DNA from: Takakia lepidozioides
Lineage: Eukaryota > Plantae > Bryophyta
Reading direction: 5' to 3'
Length of the DNA stretch: 64,000 nt
NCBI GenBank assembly: GCA_030704615.1
Contig: CM060732.1
Coordinates: 75,206,001-75,270,000, forward strand
This document shows, piece after piece, positions 13,701 to 26,303 of this stretch. The number at the start of each line of letters is the position of its first letter. Position 1 is the first letter of the stretch. The position numbers were made by a program, and so were the translations under genes. The notes beneath the pieces are model-generated. The model had not been told where the DNA came from, ran no database searches, and was given only the letters and a program-made list of their open reading frames with translations.

Positions 13701-14360
13701 TAACCCTTTGTGTCCCTCTATAACCCTCACCAGGTGTAACCTTCACCACCAGGTGTAACCCTCAGTAACCCTCTATAACACCGTAGAGTGTCACCCTCAC
13801 CCTTGTGTAACCTCACTCCATGTAACCCTCTGTGACCCTCTGTGACTTTCTGTAACCCTCACCAGGTGTAACCCTCACTAGGTGTAACCCTCACCACCAT
13901 GTAACCCTCCGTAACCCGTTTATCCCTCTGTAGCACCGCTAAGTGTCACCCTCACTCCATGTAACCCTCCCATGTAACCCTATGTCACCCTCTGTAACCC
14001 ATGTAACCCCATGACCCTCTGTAACCCTTTGTAACCCATGTAACCCTCTGTTATTCCGCGGGGTGTAACCCTCACTCCATGTTATCCTGCATCGTGTAAC
14101 CCCAATGTAAGCTTGTATCATGTTATCTCATATACCCCTCTCCGTGTAACTCCAGTTCCTCGTAACCCCATCATCCCTGTAACCCTCTGCACGTCAGCCC
14201 TTTAGCTCCGCCTCGTGTAACCCTCATTGTGCAACTCTCACATTGTAACCCCACCATGTAACCCCGATACTGTATCAATCCCCTCCATGTAACCCCCGAT
14301 TGTGTCACTCATAGCTCGTGTCACCCCGGATCCTTTATCCCCAACGCATGTCACCCCTGT
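10745..14360 (+). repeat. Left modular subterminal array, C-rich (CA)TGTAACCC(TC) units with higher-order modules
   Basis: Dense TGTAACCC/GTCACCC cores with recurring modules such as TGTAACACCGCAGAGTGTCACCCTC and CTCTATATCCCTCACCAGGTGTAACCCTTACC. Continues the inverted symmetry with the right arm and decays towards ~14360. Confidence 0.95.
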
Positions 14361-14590
14361 TCGTGTAGCCCCTTGGTGCCCGGCAAAAATTGGCGGGCTC
14401 CAAGAGGTGTCAGATATTTTGAATTCAAACCTGGGTTACACGATTCGGTGACATCAAAACCCACGTGTAACTCCATCATCGCTCGTCATTTTCACCAGGT
14501 GCGTAGACGACGTGCAGTCCCGAGGGCTCCGCTGCGTTGCCCGCGTGTGTTATTGCGATTTGTACTGTACTGGTGGTACTGTTGCTGCTA

Positions 14591-17500
14591 ATGGCATGTG
14601 CTGCCGCGAAGGTGCTAGACGAGGAACGCAAAGCAGCATTGGAATCAAATGGTTTGAAAGATGAGGCGGGAGAACTCTGTCATTTGCAGCATTTGGTATC
14701 TCATTTGAAATGCATCCTACAGCTGCCCATAGACGGGCTTTTCAATCACACAAACCTCCGTTGGATACGCCAGGTTTCCCAGGGAAAAGGGAAACGGATA
14801 TCCATCGAAGTAGCTGTCGTTCCATGGTCTCGCATTCCTGATTTTCTGGAGGGAGAAAGGAGTAGAGTGGATGGGAAGACCCAATTTTATGTTCAAGATC
14901 GAAGGTACCGTGAGTTGCCAGATTTGACAACACCGCGTGCAAACAGTTATCGTCAGTGGCATAAGTAAGTCACTTATGAGGGTTGTATAACATTCCCAGC
15001 CCCACTTCTTTCTGCTAGCCTAGCAAAGTCGTATATGGCGATAACCCTCCTCGCTTTATATGCTTTTTTTGCAGGTACCACTGCTGCTACGGCCCGATAG
15101 ATAGGCGCACAGACCCGCCGATTGTGAAGAAGAAAGAAAAACCGATAGCAGCCTCCGATAATCAAAAACCAGTCAAGCGAATCAGACGTAAGGCAGCGGA
15201 TTTCGGAGAGTCATACAAACGTGGGTGTACGTGTAGCTTCAAAGTTGGCCAGTGTTTTCTAGATTCAGAGTTGGCAATCATCACATACTTCCAGAAACAG
15301 CATGTGGATGCAAAAGGAAAGCCATGTCATGGTTCAGCTGACCCCTCTTCCCATTTCTCGCGATTCGTGCATGCCCCTCGTCTCAGCCAAGATATGAAAC
15401 AGTGGATCGTCGATAGTCTTCGCAGTGGCCTATCTCCAGCTATGATTATGACACAACACACTCAACAGCTCCAGGAAGCTTGTGCGTCTCAGCCAGGCAT
15501 GGAGTGGAGTCGCGATTGTTTCTTGTTCGAGTACGACGTGAGAAACATTGCCGACAAGCTTGCGATTGAGAGTTACAAAAAACATCCAGATGATGCACAA
15601 AGTGTATGTATGTGGGTCGATAGCAATCCTGAAAGCGTCTTCTTCTACCATGAAGAGACAGCGCCAGTGGCGGGTGATTTGAAGTTCGTAATTGGAATAC
15701 AAACGGAGTGGCAAAAACAGAAAATGATCGACCTGGGACACAACCGTGTGGTATCCTGCGATGCAACATTTGGGACCAACGAAAATAAGGTATTCGTGTC
15801 ACGCTTTACCTTTCATTGCATTCTGAAATGTGAGTGCCATGCAACTGTTGCCAATATTATAACACTCACCTTATTCATTTTTGTACCATTGCGACATTGC
15901 AGTTCCCAATGTATACCATGATGGTGTTCGACGAATGGCTCAACGGCATACCTGTTGCTTATATTATATCAGCGAGAAACAAAACGACTGACCTGAGCCC
16001 CTGGATGAAACGTCTTCGCGACCGACTTCTTCAGAGCAAACCAGATTGGAGGCCAAATGCTTTTGTTGTCGACGATGCAGACGCAGAAATCAATGCTATC
16101 AGGTACACGGCTAGAAGTGAGTCACATAGTAATTCACACTACAAGTTGCATGCACGAGGGGTTTCATGGATCGGGCTACACTGCTGCTAGTTACACTGAG
16201 AATCACAGTAAGAGTTAAACTGCCAGTTACACGAGGGGGTGCATTGCTGCCTGTAACACTTGGAGTTACACTGTCAGTTGCTTGAGGGGTTACATGGATT
16301 GGGTTGCAGTGCTGTCTGTTACACTGAGGGTTACACTATCAGTTAGACAGATGGTTATACTGCCTTGAGTTGGACGGAGGGTTACACTGCTGTGAGTTAG
16401 ACCGAGGGTTACACTGCTATGAGGTAGACAGAGGGTTACACTGCGAGTTACACTGGGAGTTACACGGCGTGTCATCCGCAGTCCTGCATGGATTAGGTTG
16501 CACTGCTATAGCATGTGAGTTACACTGGGAGCATCGCAGAGGGTTGTATGGGTTGGGTCGCTCTGAGAGTTACACGGTGTAACATGGATTGCGTTACAGC
16601 GCTGCGAGGGGTTATATGTGTTGGGTTACACTGCTGTGAGTTTCACTGATAGTTACATGACCAGATGCACGAGGGGTTACATGAGTCACACTACTAAGAG
16701 TGACACTTTGAAGAGTTACACTTCTACGAGTTACACTGCGAAGAGTTCCTCTGATAAGAGTTACACTGACAAGAGTTACACTGATGGATTGGGTGGCATT
16801 TGATGTGTGTGCGTGCAGGGAATCGTTTGGGGACGTAGCGATATTTCTATGCCTTTGGCATGTTCGCCGCGCTTGGCTGAAACATTCGTGGCGTAAGATG
16901 CCCGATCCATACACTCGCAATGCTGTTTTGAAACAGCTTGGCGACGTAATGTACGGCATTAACGCCTGTGTGGGAGTCACCCCAGAAGAGTGGGCGCTGA
17001 GCGACTGGAAGATTTGAATTATTCCTATCCGCTTGCGCGTGACTTCCTACGTTACATCAGAATGGAATGGGTCCCAAAACTGAGCATGTGGATCACGGGG
17101 GCTCGTTATATTCCCCACGCAAGTCAGGATACTAATGCCGCAATTGAATCTTGGCACGGAAATTTGAAGGCTCGTTTACGCTCGGGAAAGCAAAGGCTTG
17201 ATGGCAGGAGAATCGATTGGCTGATCAGCGAACTCGTGGGTCCTGTTCTAACCCACTATTGGTATAGAGATAACTTGAAATCGAAAGGCTTCAAAAGGAA
17301 TGTACGACAGGAGGAATTTATCAGTAATGTTGTTTGGACTGCAAGGGAGATCCCTGATGTCAATGTTCATTTGCCCACTGTTCCTGGTCATCCGGCGATT
17401 GTGGATAGTGTTCAAACGGCCGGTCGAAGCTACACAATCTATGCACCTGCGACCACCTGGGCTTGTTGCGATTGTCCATGGGCTTTGAAGGGTAACTTGT

Positions 17501-17964
17501 GCAAACATCAAATCCGCGTTCTTCAATTGATGAAGCCAAATCTGAAGGAAGGGCTTATTGTGAAGCTCTGTGGCACAAAGCTCGGGACCATTCATGGAGG
17601 TCTTCACATGTTGATGAAATCGGAACTTCCAGATATTGATGCAGAGGAGGAAGTTGTGAATCTAGCAGAGCCTACGGAGTGCTCAGCATCATCCCAGCGT
17701 GGTCGGCAGGAGCCATCGGATGTTTCATCAATTGAATCTGAGATGAAGTCCCTGTCGCTTCTTGGCAATGAGAGTGAAACAATGCGCAAACATTTGCTTG
17801 CCGAGCTTCGTTGTGTTCGTGGGAGGCTGTCCACTTTACAAGTTAGAATCGACAAAGGTCTGTTGCACCCTCTTCAAGCAGTTCCATTCATAAAAAATGA
17901 TGATGGAAACAACATGTCCCTTGCCAGGAAAGTAGATTTTGTAGACCGGTTCCGTAGTAAGTGA
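14591..17964 (+). CDS. MULE DDE transposase with SWIM zinc finger, 4 exons, one 1-bp frameshift near 17000
   Basis: GT-AG exons 14591-14964, 15075-15789, 15903-16102 and 16819-17964. Motifs YHCCYGP, KRGCTCSF, SCDATFGTN (D), VVDDADAE (D), CLWH (CxxH), TNAAIESWH (E) and SWIM CDC-x7-CKH. A missing base in TGGGCGCTG^AGCGACTG shifts the frame (true lesion or consensus error). Confidence 0.9.
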
Positions 17965-19340
17965 CCATTGAGTCCATTGGCAATGACACTTATTTTGTGA
18001 TCACCAAGTTTAATATGAAGTACATGTCTGTTCATGGGTTGTTATTCACTTTGCCATTCCATCCACATTCAACCTATGTAACCCACTCAATGGGACACCC
18101 ATGGGCCGGGGTGACACACCGCAGGGTTACACTGTCTGGGGTTTCATAACGTAACATAGCTCTACTTAGTGTAACTCGCATCTGTGGTACTCCACACAGT
18201 GTAACACAGATGAGTGTGAACCTCTTCAGTGTAACTCATTGTGGTGTAACTCCAAGTGTAACTGCAATGTAACTATCAACAGTGTAACCCAGTATGTAAC
18301 CCCATAGAATATTGCTGTCAGTGGTGTAACTCTGAGAATTATAAGTCGATGACTACAATGTGACTACAGGGTCTGGGTTAGTCTGCCGGGGTTACATGAC
18401 CCTTCAATACAGAGTGGGAAGATGCTGAAGTCGAGCACCTTTAGTCACCAACACTAGCCCCTGTATGTGTAACCCCTCTATGTGTAACCCAATTTGTGTG
18501 TAACCCATGGACGTGTAATCCATGAGATAGATAATCATTCCGTTCAACCTATGTTATGGACCAGTGTAGCCCTCCGGAGTGTAACTTGTTGTTGTGTAAC
18601 CCCAAGAAGTATGTATCCCGACCACATGTAACCCCCATTGATGTCACCCCATCGCATGTAACCCATTGTACAATTTGGGGTGCACGCTATAAACCCCGAT
18701 GCTACATCACCCCATCTTATGTATCCCCACGACACGTAGCCCTTGTATAGGCAACCCTGCCCACTTTCATTGTGCACAGTGTAACTTAGAACTGTGTAAC
18801 CCTCTTGAGTGAGTGTAACCCAGAGTGTTGTAACTCCAAGAAGTATGTAGCCCGACCAGATGTTACCCCCACACTATTGTGACCCCATCGTATGTAACCC
18901 ATTGTACATAGCCCTCATGTATGTAACCCCATGTAGTATAAATCTGAGAACTTCAGTGCACAAACACTTCAGTGCGAAAAAAATAAAAAATAAAACAAAT
19001 GCGCATAGTCGAGGTGGGGTTACATGCCACGAAAGTATACTGTTTCAGCAACGTGACCCTGACATAGCCAGGAAGGCCCAACCATGTAACCCTAGGCCCA
19101 TTGTATGTAACCCATAAGTGTAACCCCACGTTGTGAGACCCGGCATGGTGTAACCCATCACTTATGTGTGAACCCACAGAGTGTAAGCCCATTGCCCCAG
19201 GGCCCAAAGGTGTACCCAAGTACTTGTCTATGATTCCACTTCATGTAACCTTATAAGGTGTAAGCCCATTGCATGAAACCCAAACTGTGAAGTGTTACGA
19301 ACAAACCACATAGAAGCAAAAATGCATCAAGAGACGCTAT

Positions 19341-22300
19341 TTATTTCTTTGGCCATCTGACCAAGTCTTTGTCCATCTCGTCACACAGCCAACTAATCAT
19401 ATGAGTACGGGAAGCTATCATGGTTGACTCGTTGAACCAACTTGCAGTAAACGCCCGCCTATGACGGGTTCGATCTTCTGTGGTTTTCACATTGAACTTC
19501 CACTCCAAGTAAAATTGCACAAAACAAAGTGCATAATAGCCGCACTCCCAACAGCTCCGTTGCTGGGGGACACTGGCCTCAAACCATTCCATCCTCTCCA
19601 TGACGTAACTGAAGTCATCAGATCCAGGCATGAAATCAAAGAACGCTATGGCAAAATTTCGCAAAATTCCTTCAATGAGTTTGGGTCGGGCAATGGTTTT
19701 ATGGGAGTCCAAATGTACTATCCGACCTCGGCGCTCTAAAACAGCAACACTCCAGTGATCACTGCAACACAAACAAAGCCGTTACGTCAGAATAGAAAAA
19801 AACATCTCCAATGAAACCCATTGTGGTGTAACCCAGTAGTGTAACCCTTTGTACTGTAACTCTAAACGGTGTTACACAACTAGTCAGCAGTCACTAGTGC
19901 AACTCAGTCTAGAATAGAGGAGTGTAACCAACATGCTCAGTCAACGCTGAAATTACTTACTCGAAGACAATAGGGATGACAACCACGTCCACAAGATCTC
20001 GATTCTTTGTGAACACCATCCCTCGGGCATCCTGAGTGTACCATTCTTGCACCAACCCGAATAGCGTCTGCAGATCGTTACCATTGGTACGCATGACATG
20101 CCATTGGAAAGGAGCACAGATGACAAACTCAGGTGCAATAGCCTTAAACAATTTGGCCTCCAGAAGTTTGTTGTAACCCGAGAGCAATGCATCTGTGACA
20201 ATTGCTCTTATTTTATACATCGGCTCAAAATCTGTCTCTTCCAAGTAAAACTGTAACGGACTAGAAGCCAAGAAGGCATCGCCATAATAAAACTTCACTT
20301 CGGGCGCCCCAGGAGGGTCCGACACCATTTGAACTTTGTCAAGTACCGTTGTTTTAGTCTGCACAACAAACCGCACATTACGAACATTACGATGCATCAT
20401 ACAAGAGTTATAATCAATATTCAAAATCAGAGAGGATCAAAGTACAATGAGGTACCTCGAACGCTCCCGCAAGTGCTTGGCAAGGACCTCTTGCTGCTGG
20501 ACAGCGTCAACCTCCGAGATCCTTGCACTTTTGCCTTTCGGTTTGGTTCGCTGTTTTTTGGGTGCGACAAGAACAGATACTTCTTTGTCAGCGCTAGGGG
20601 GTTCAGCCAACCGCTTTCTTTGAGCAGGCGGCCGTTTTGACCTCCTGGGATTCTCTGCAACCCTGACAATGCCGCCGGTAGGGGGAATTTCTGAGCCAGA
20701 GGTGCCTTGTTCTGAGTTTGCTGCAAGTGCTGAAGACTGCACTCCCTCGTCTGAGACGTGCTGGGGAGGTGATTGACCAAGGGCAAAAGTGTCACAGCTC
20801 ACCTCCTCGGTGCTACCCCTGTCAGTGTCACCCTTCTGTTCAAACCCCTTGTCATGTTTCTTAGTGTCACCCTTCTCTTCGGCTACCTCCTCAGTGTCAC
20901 GATTCTCAGTGTCACCCTTCTCTTCGGCTTCCTTTTCAATGTCACCCTTCTCTTCGGCTACCTCCTCAGTGTCACTCTTCTTAGTGTCACCCTTCTCTTC
21001 GGCTACCTCCTCAGAGTCACGCATCTCAGTGTCACCCTTCTCTCCAGCTACCTTCTTAGTATCACTGGTCTCAGTGTCACCCTTCTCTTTGGCCGCATTA
21101 TCAGTGTCACTCTTCGCAGTGTCACCCTTCTCATCGAGTTCCTTCCCAGTGTCACTCTGCGTAACAATCTTATGTGTGTCACCCTTGGCAGTGTCACTCT
21201 TCTGAGTGTCTAGATGCTCTGCAACATCCTTCTCTTCGTGACTCTCCACAGTGAAACGCTTCTCAGTGTGACCCTGCTTTGTGTCACCCTTCCAACTGAC
21301 AACCTCCTCGGTGACACCCTTCCCCGTGTCACCCATGTCGATGTCACTCTTCTTTGCATCAACCTCCTCAATGCCATCCTTGATTGTGTCGCCCTTCTCC
21401 GCACCCTCCAAGACCATGTTGACTAGCGGAAGACCGTCATCCGTCGCGACTAGTGGCCGTGGCAAAGGAGTGTCACCTTCCACGACTAGTGGTAGTGGAA
21501 TGTCATCCATGACAGTGTTACACTCACTGACATCTACCATGTGGGTTGGCTGTGGGGTGTCACCCCTATCAGTGTAACCCATGTCAATGTCACTCTCAAC
21601 GGAAGTTGCAGTGTTCACGGGCAATGGTGTGTCACCCACGACAATGTCCCTCACGGCATTGTCAGCCACACCGGTATCCGCAGTGTCACCCTCAGGTGCA
21701 GTGTAACCCTCCTTCCCTATTGCTCCTCTCTGCACAGTGTCACCCTCAGGTGCAGTGTAACCCTCCTTCCCTGTTGCTCCTCTCTGCACAGTGTCACCCT
21801 CAGGTGCAGTGTAACCCTCCTTCCATGTTGCTCCTCTCTGCACAGTGTCACCCTCAGGTGCAGTGTAACCCTCGGTTTCAGGGCATCCTCCCCTTGCAGT
21901 GTCACCCTGCGCATCAATGGGACCCACGAAGGCTGGGTCATTCTGAGAGAGGTTGACCACATGATCCTGACAAATACTTACATTGCTGCATCGAGGGTTC
22001 AACCCAACATCTCTAGATTCAAAGTCATACACAGACTCTGGGTCAAGCGGGTCCCCGATTCTTCGATTAAGACCTTCAAAAGAAATGACTGGGGCTGCGG
22101 ACAAAGAGGTTCGCACTTGGGTGTTCCACCTTGATGTATCATCTTCAATATCAGTATCAGTATCAGAATTCATGGGCAAATCCCGCGTCAAGTCTGCTAG
22201 GTTCACCCCTAAGTGCAGCTGGGTTGAGTACAATTCACCAACCTGCGACAAAGATACAACGGTAGATTGACTTGGAATGATGTCCTCGTCATGTACATCG

Positions 22301-23800
22301 TCGCTCTGCGGGGCGGAAATTGGCCCATTGCTCGTCTGCGCGCCCCCTACGCCCCCTGTATCGCATTGTGGAGGGGCCCCATACACAACTTCGTGAAGCT
22401 CACGTTGAGCCTCAAAAAGGTTTTTGAACGCATTGGCGACTTGATTGGTCATGAGCTCGGACTCATCTGCATCGGGGAAAAGACAAAGGTTTTTAGTCGT
22501 GGAACGAGGTTTTTGAAAGTGCAAGGGTTACACTATGTAAGGGTTACACTGACTAGGACAAGACACTGGTTCGGATTACACGATGTGGGTTACACCACCC
22601 TGTTAGAGACAGTAGTTTGCAATAGGTTATACTACCATGGGTTACACTACTGAGATTACACAACGAGAGGGTAACAAATCTAGGGTAACACAGCGAGGGG
22701 TACCATTAGGGGTACACTGATTACAGGGTTACACACAACAAGGGTTACACTGAGTACAAGGTTCCACATAACGAGGGTTACACTGATTACAGGGTTACAC
22801 ACAACGAGGGTTACACTGAGTTACAAGGTTCCACATAGCGAGGGTTACAATGATTACAAGATTACACACAAAGGGGTTACACGACGAGAGGGGTGACAGT
22901 GGATGGAGTAACACTTACAGAGATACCTAGGCACTACAGACCCAAGGTCTCTCATATACTGGATGCCCAAACGCGCATTGAAGTCCATTTCTGTTAGTGA
23001 TTCGCTGAAGAGGCCACAACACCAAAGCTGGATAAACGATTCTCTCTGTTGGATCGCAAAGTGATGGGCGGCGCGACGACGGCTTGCCTTGCAAAACTGT
23101 ATAGCTCCGTTGATCTTAATTGACCGGTCACCCCACTCTTCTGTACTCAAACTCGATCTTAAGTCTTCGAGCTCAGAATCCAAGGTCGCAATTCCGTCAC
23201 CAGGATGTGCAAAGTACATCAGACTAAAGCCGTAATACTCATCGACCAGGTCCTTCACCTTTGAGGCCGTAAGAGCACTTTCCAGAAGTTCAGTCGTGAA
23301 CCCCAACCTGGGATGCGTTTGGGAAACTGACCTGCCATGATTTCTTACATCGTTGTGGGCCAGAATTCTCAAAAGGAGTGGTGGCGGTCCAATGTGCGGT
23401 TTGGTGAGATTCTCCATTTGACTGATCAATCCTTCGGCAAAATCACGAGTAAATTCCAACGGATCTGGAACAACCAAACCTTTGATTCCATCTACAGTAA
23501 TAGTGATGACAAGAGGATTTGAAGTTCTGGCATCGTCAAGGTCGGTATTGCCAACAGCTAGTTCGTCCATCGTGTCATCATCATGTGAGGCTTGGCTCTC
23601 TCGATGGACTCGTGTAAGTCTCCCACCTTTTTTCTTTTTCTGCTTTGGCATGTCAGGATGCCCAATGCTCTCTAAATACTCCTTCACCCGATTCAATTCC
23701 TCTATCATTAACGGACCATGATCCAGCTGGGCAGTAAACGCCTTGTGGGCAGCAACAAACACTGTCCATATCATCGCTTCTAAGATGATATCGAGCTCCC
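19341..23800 (-). CDS. MULE-borne Ulp1-like (C48) SUMO protease with long acidic repetitive N-terminal region; multi-exon, 5' exons uncertain
   Basis: The last two exons (~20358-19961 and 19761-19341) splice to IPIVFDDHWSVAVL (His), HLDS (Asp) and QQRSCWECG (Gln/Cys). Upstream same-strand ORFs 20437..22524 and 22854..23807 end in donor-like sites, but their splice phases were not fully resolved. Ulp1 cargo is established for plant MULEs (Kaonashi, VANDAL). Confidence 0.75.
20790..21910 (-). repeat. Coding tandem repeats inside the 695-aa ORF
   Basis: About 3.5 copies of a 54-bp unit (EGYTAPEGDTVQRGATGK) at ~21680-21905 and a degenerate ~45-bp unit (EEVAEEKGDTxxxDT) at ~20800-21200. Confidence 0.85.
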
Positions 23801-24060
23801 TGCGCAATACAGCGTGAGGGGTTACACCAGAGAAAAAGGTTACAGCACGAGGGGTTACACATGAAAATGGGTTACAAACAAGATGGGCTACACGGGGTTA
23901 CACAGAGGTGGGTTACACACCATAGGGGTTTTTAAAAGGGGTCCTCTGTAGGTGGGTTACACTCTGGGTTACACGCCACAGGAGAGACAGGGGGGGTAAC
24001 ACAAGGGGTTACATGGATAGACAACAGCCCAAAATTTGAAAAACAGAGAAATGGCAGAGA

Positions 24061-24490
24061 ATGTAACCCTCATTCCATGTAACCCTCTCTGACCCTCTGT
24101 AACCCTCACCACCATGTAACCCTCTGTGACCCTCTATATCCCTCACCAGGTGTAACCCTTACCTCCATGTAACCCTCTGTAACACCGCAGAGTGTCACCC
24201 TCGCCACCATGTAACCCTCACTCCATGTAACCCTCACAAACCCTCTGTGGCTTTGTAACCTATGTAACCCCTCTGTAACACCGCAGAGTGTCGCCCTCAC
24301 CCCTTATGTAACCCTCACTCCATGTAACCCTCTATAACCCATGTAACCCTCTGTGACCCTTTGTAACCCTCACCACCATGTAACCCTTTGTACACCGCAT
24401 AGTGTCACCCTCACCCGTATGTAACCCTCACTCCATGTAACCCTCTCTGACCCTCTGTAACCCTCACCACCATGTAACCCTCTGTAACAT
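24061..24490 (+). repeat. Internal C-rich block of the same TGTAACCC array
   Basis: ~24061-24202 is the reverse complement of ~26244-26385. Confidence 0.9.
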
Positions 24491-24644
24491 CATACACGTG
24501 TAAACTATCCGACGGCCGAATGGAGGTTTAAATAGAGGCCGAAACCCTAATTTGCTCTCTCCATCCGTTTTTCAGATTCCTAGCTCGCTCGTTTTTTGCT
24601 TTGGGGCATCAGCTTTCTGCAATTCCCATGGTGCCCAATCGGCT

Positions 24645-24980
24645 TCACACATCAATGCAAAAGATTTGTAGTTCATTCAGTTCAGTATGGTCATCCCAGC
24701 AACATACAAGACAACGCTTTCCGCGCAACGATCCGTCAAATCTATTACTACGGTTTTCTCTACGATTGATACGGTTGTCTCTATTCTTTTTCTTTCTCAA
24801 TGTCATTCTTGTTGTTTTGTCACCGTCCCCGATGGCTATGGTATTCCTAAGATCCGCATTAGGAAAGGGTTTTGTTTCTTTCGGCCTAGCCATGCAAGCA
24901 ACCGCTCATTTGACGGGGTGCCCATTCACTCTCCTCTCGTGTATCTTTTGTTCACACACCAGCCGGGGCAGCCTACTCAT
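24645..24980 (-). pseudogene. Degenerate inverted paralogue of the zinc-finger ORF at 25758
   Basis: NGHPVK*AVACMARPKETKPFPNADLRNTIA aligns with NRHIVDGTAACMARPKGTKPFPDAELKHAMA. In-frame TGA and indels upstream. Confidence 0.7.
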
Positions 24981-25757
24981 CGCTATTATGGATGCAATAC
25001 GTATCGAATCATGCGTGTTTTGCAAGCACTGTCAACCGGTTACATGTCTGATGGTTTATATGACTACCTCACGTGTGCTATGGTTACACACAGGGGGTTA
25101 CACGGTGTTTTCTTTCTCAATACATGCTAGCTTGGTAGACGGTTTAGTAATGGAGGTTTAGATGGGGTTGACATGTTTGATGGGTTACGTGGATGTTGCG
25201 CTCGCGGAGCCACATAGGCTAGGGTTACATGGGTGGGGCATTACATTGACCATGTTTACCTGGAGGTTGCATACTAATGGTTTGATATGATAGGGTTACA
25301 TCGATGTTGTGTTCGGGAGTCACATAGACTAGGGGTACATGAGGTTGTGACGAAGGGTTACACTCGACGTGCCTGGCATGCGGGTAACGGCCGGTTTGTC
25401 GCGCTCACAAGTGTAGGGTTACGGGTTACACTCCGCTATTCCGGGTGACACCGGGATTGCAACTCATACACGTGTGAGTCAGTGCGGATATAATTGATTG
25501 CAAGCCGCCAGATTTTAATGAACCGCCGTCTTTCGCTTAACCGACGTGCCTTTACGGGTGACATCTAGCTAGCTTCGTTCGTTCTTTGATCATTGTTCAG
25601 TTTTCCCCTTCTCGCAGCCTATCATATTCTTCCTGCACTCCTTGCTGTGGTCTCCCTGTTGTGCGTTCTTCGGAATTCTCTTGGTCTTGGTCTTTTCTTG
25701 TCTTGTCTTTTCTTGCTCTTGCTCTTCTCTTCTCTTCTGTCAGCTTTTTCTTTTGTC

Positions 25758-26303
25758 ATGGCTGATTGTTATTTGTTCCCTGGAGAGGCTACTATTCCAT
25801 TTGATCACTTGAAAAGGGATGGCGAACGAGTTCGCTTCTGGTACACTGAGCATGAGCATGCTACAATGATCACGTACTGCCACACCAGGTGTAGAGAGGC
25901 CAAGGTGGAGGGAGCAAAGGGCCGGCCTAAGTTCAAATGTCCTTATTGTGGGGCAGTAAAGGTAGATAAGAGCAGATTGAATCGGCATATTGTCGATGGA
26001 ACGGCCGCATGTATGGCCAGACCGAAAGGAACAAAACCGTTTCCTGATGCGGAGCTCAAGCATGCCATGGCTGTTGAAAATGTGATGAATTCTGTTCTAG
26101 CTTCTTCTGTTGATGCATATTATGCATGGATTCTGCAAAATAGGGTGGCTTTGGGTGAGATTGCAGATCCTATTGAAGTGCCTGCTGTTGTACCTTCTTC
26201 GGCTATTTCTGCTATAGAGGTTCCATCTTCTGGTGCTTCTGGTGAGGGTGACACTCTGCGGTGTTACAGAGGGTTACATGGAGGTAAGGGTTACACCTGG
26301 TGA
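25758..26303 (+). CDS. MULE accessory ORF (181 aa from ATG 25758) with a C2HC zinc-finger-like motif
   Basis: FKCPYC-x12-H-x7-C with the C2H2-like L..H spacing, preceded by a pyrimidine-rich leader. The last ~20 codons run into the right repeat array. Confidence 0.6.
   Translation: MADCYLFPGEATIPFDHLKRDGERVRFWYTEHEHATMITYCHTRCREAKVEGAKGRPKFKCPYCGAVKVDKSRLNRHIVDGTAACMARPKGTKPFPDAELKHAMAVENVMNSVLASSVDAYYAWILQNRVALGEIADPIEVPAVVPSSAISAIEVPSSGASGEGDTLRCYRGLHGGKGYTW

Noticed and set aside
10668-14121. Many short ORFs (VTEGYMVVRVT / GYRGLHGGEG), also at 26300-28453
   Set aside because: Translations of the GGGTTACA tandem arrays in several frames, not genes.
10745-14360. True or interstitial telomere
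   Set aside because: The units are not TTTAGGG, are modular, and lie inside TIRs with a 9-bp TSD, so they belong to the transposon.
20773-22134. Plus-strand ORFs rich in SVTL / VSPFSS
   Set aside because: Antisense shadows of the repetitive minus-strand exon.
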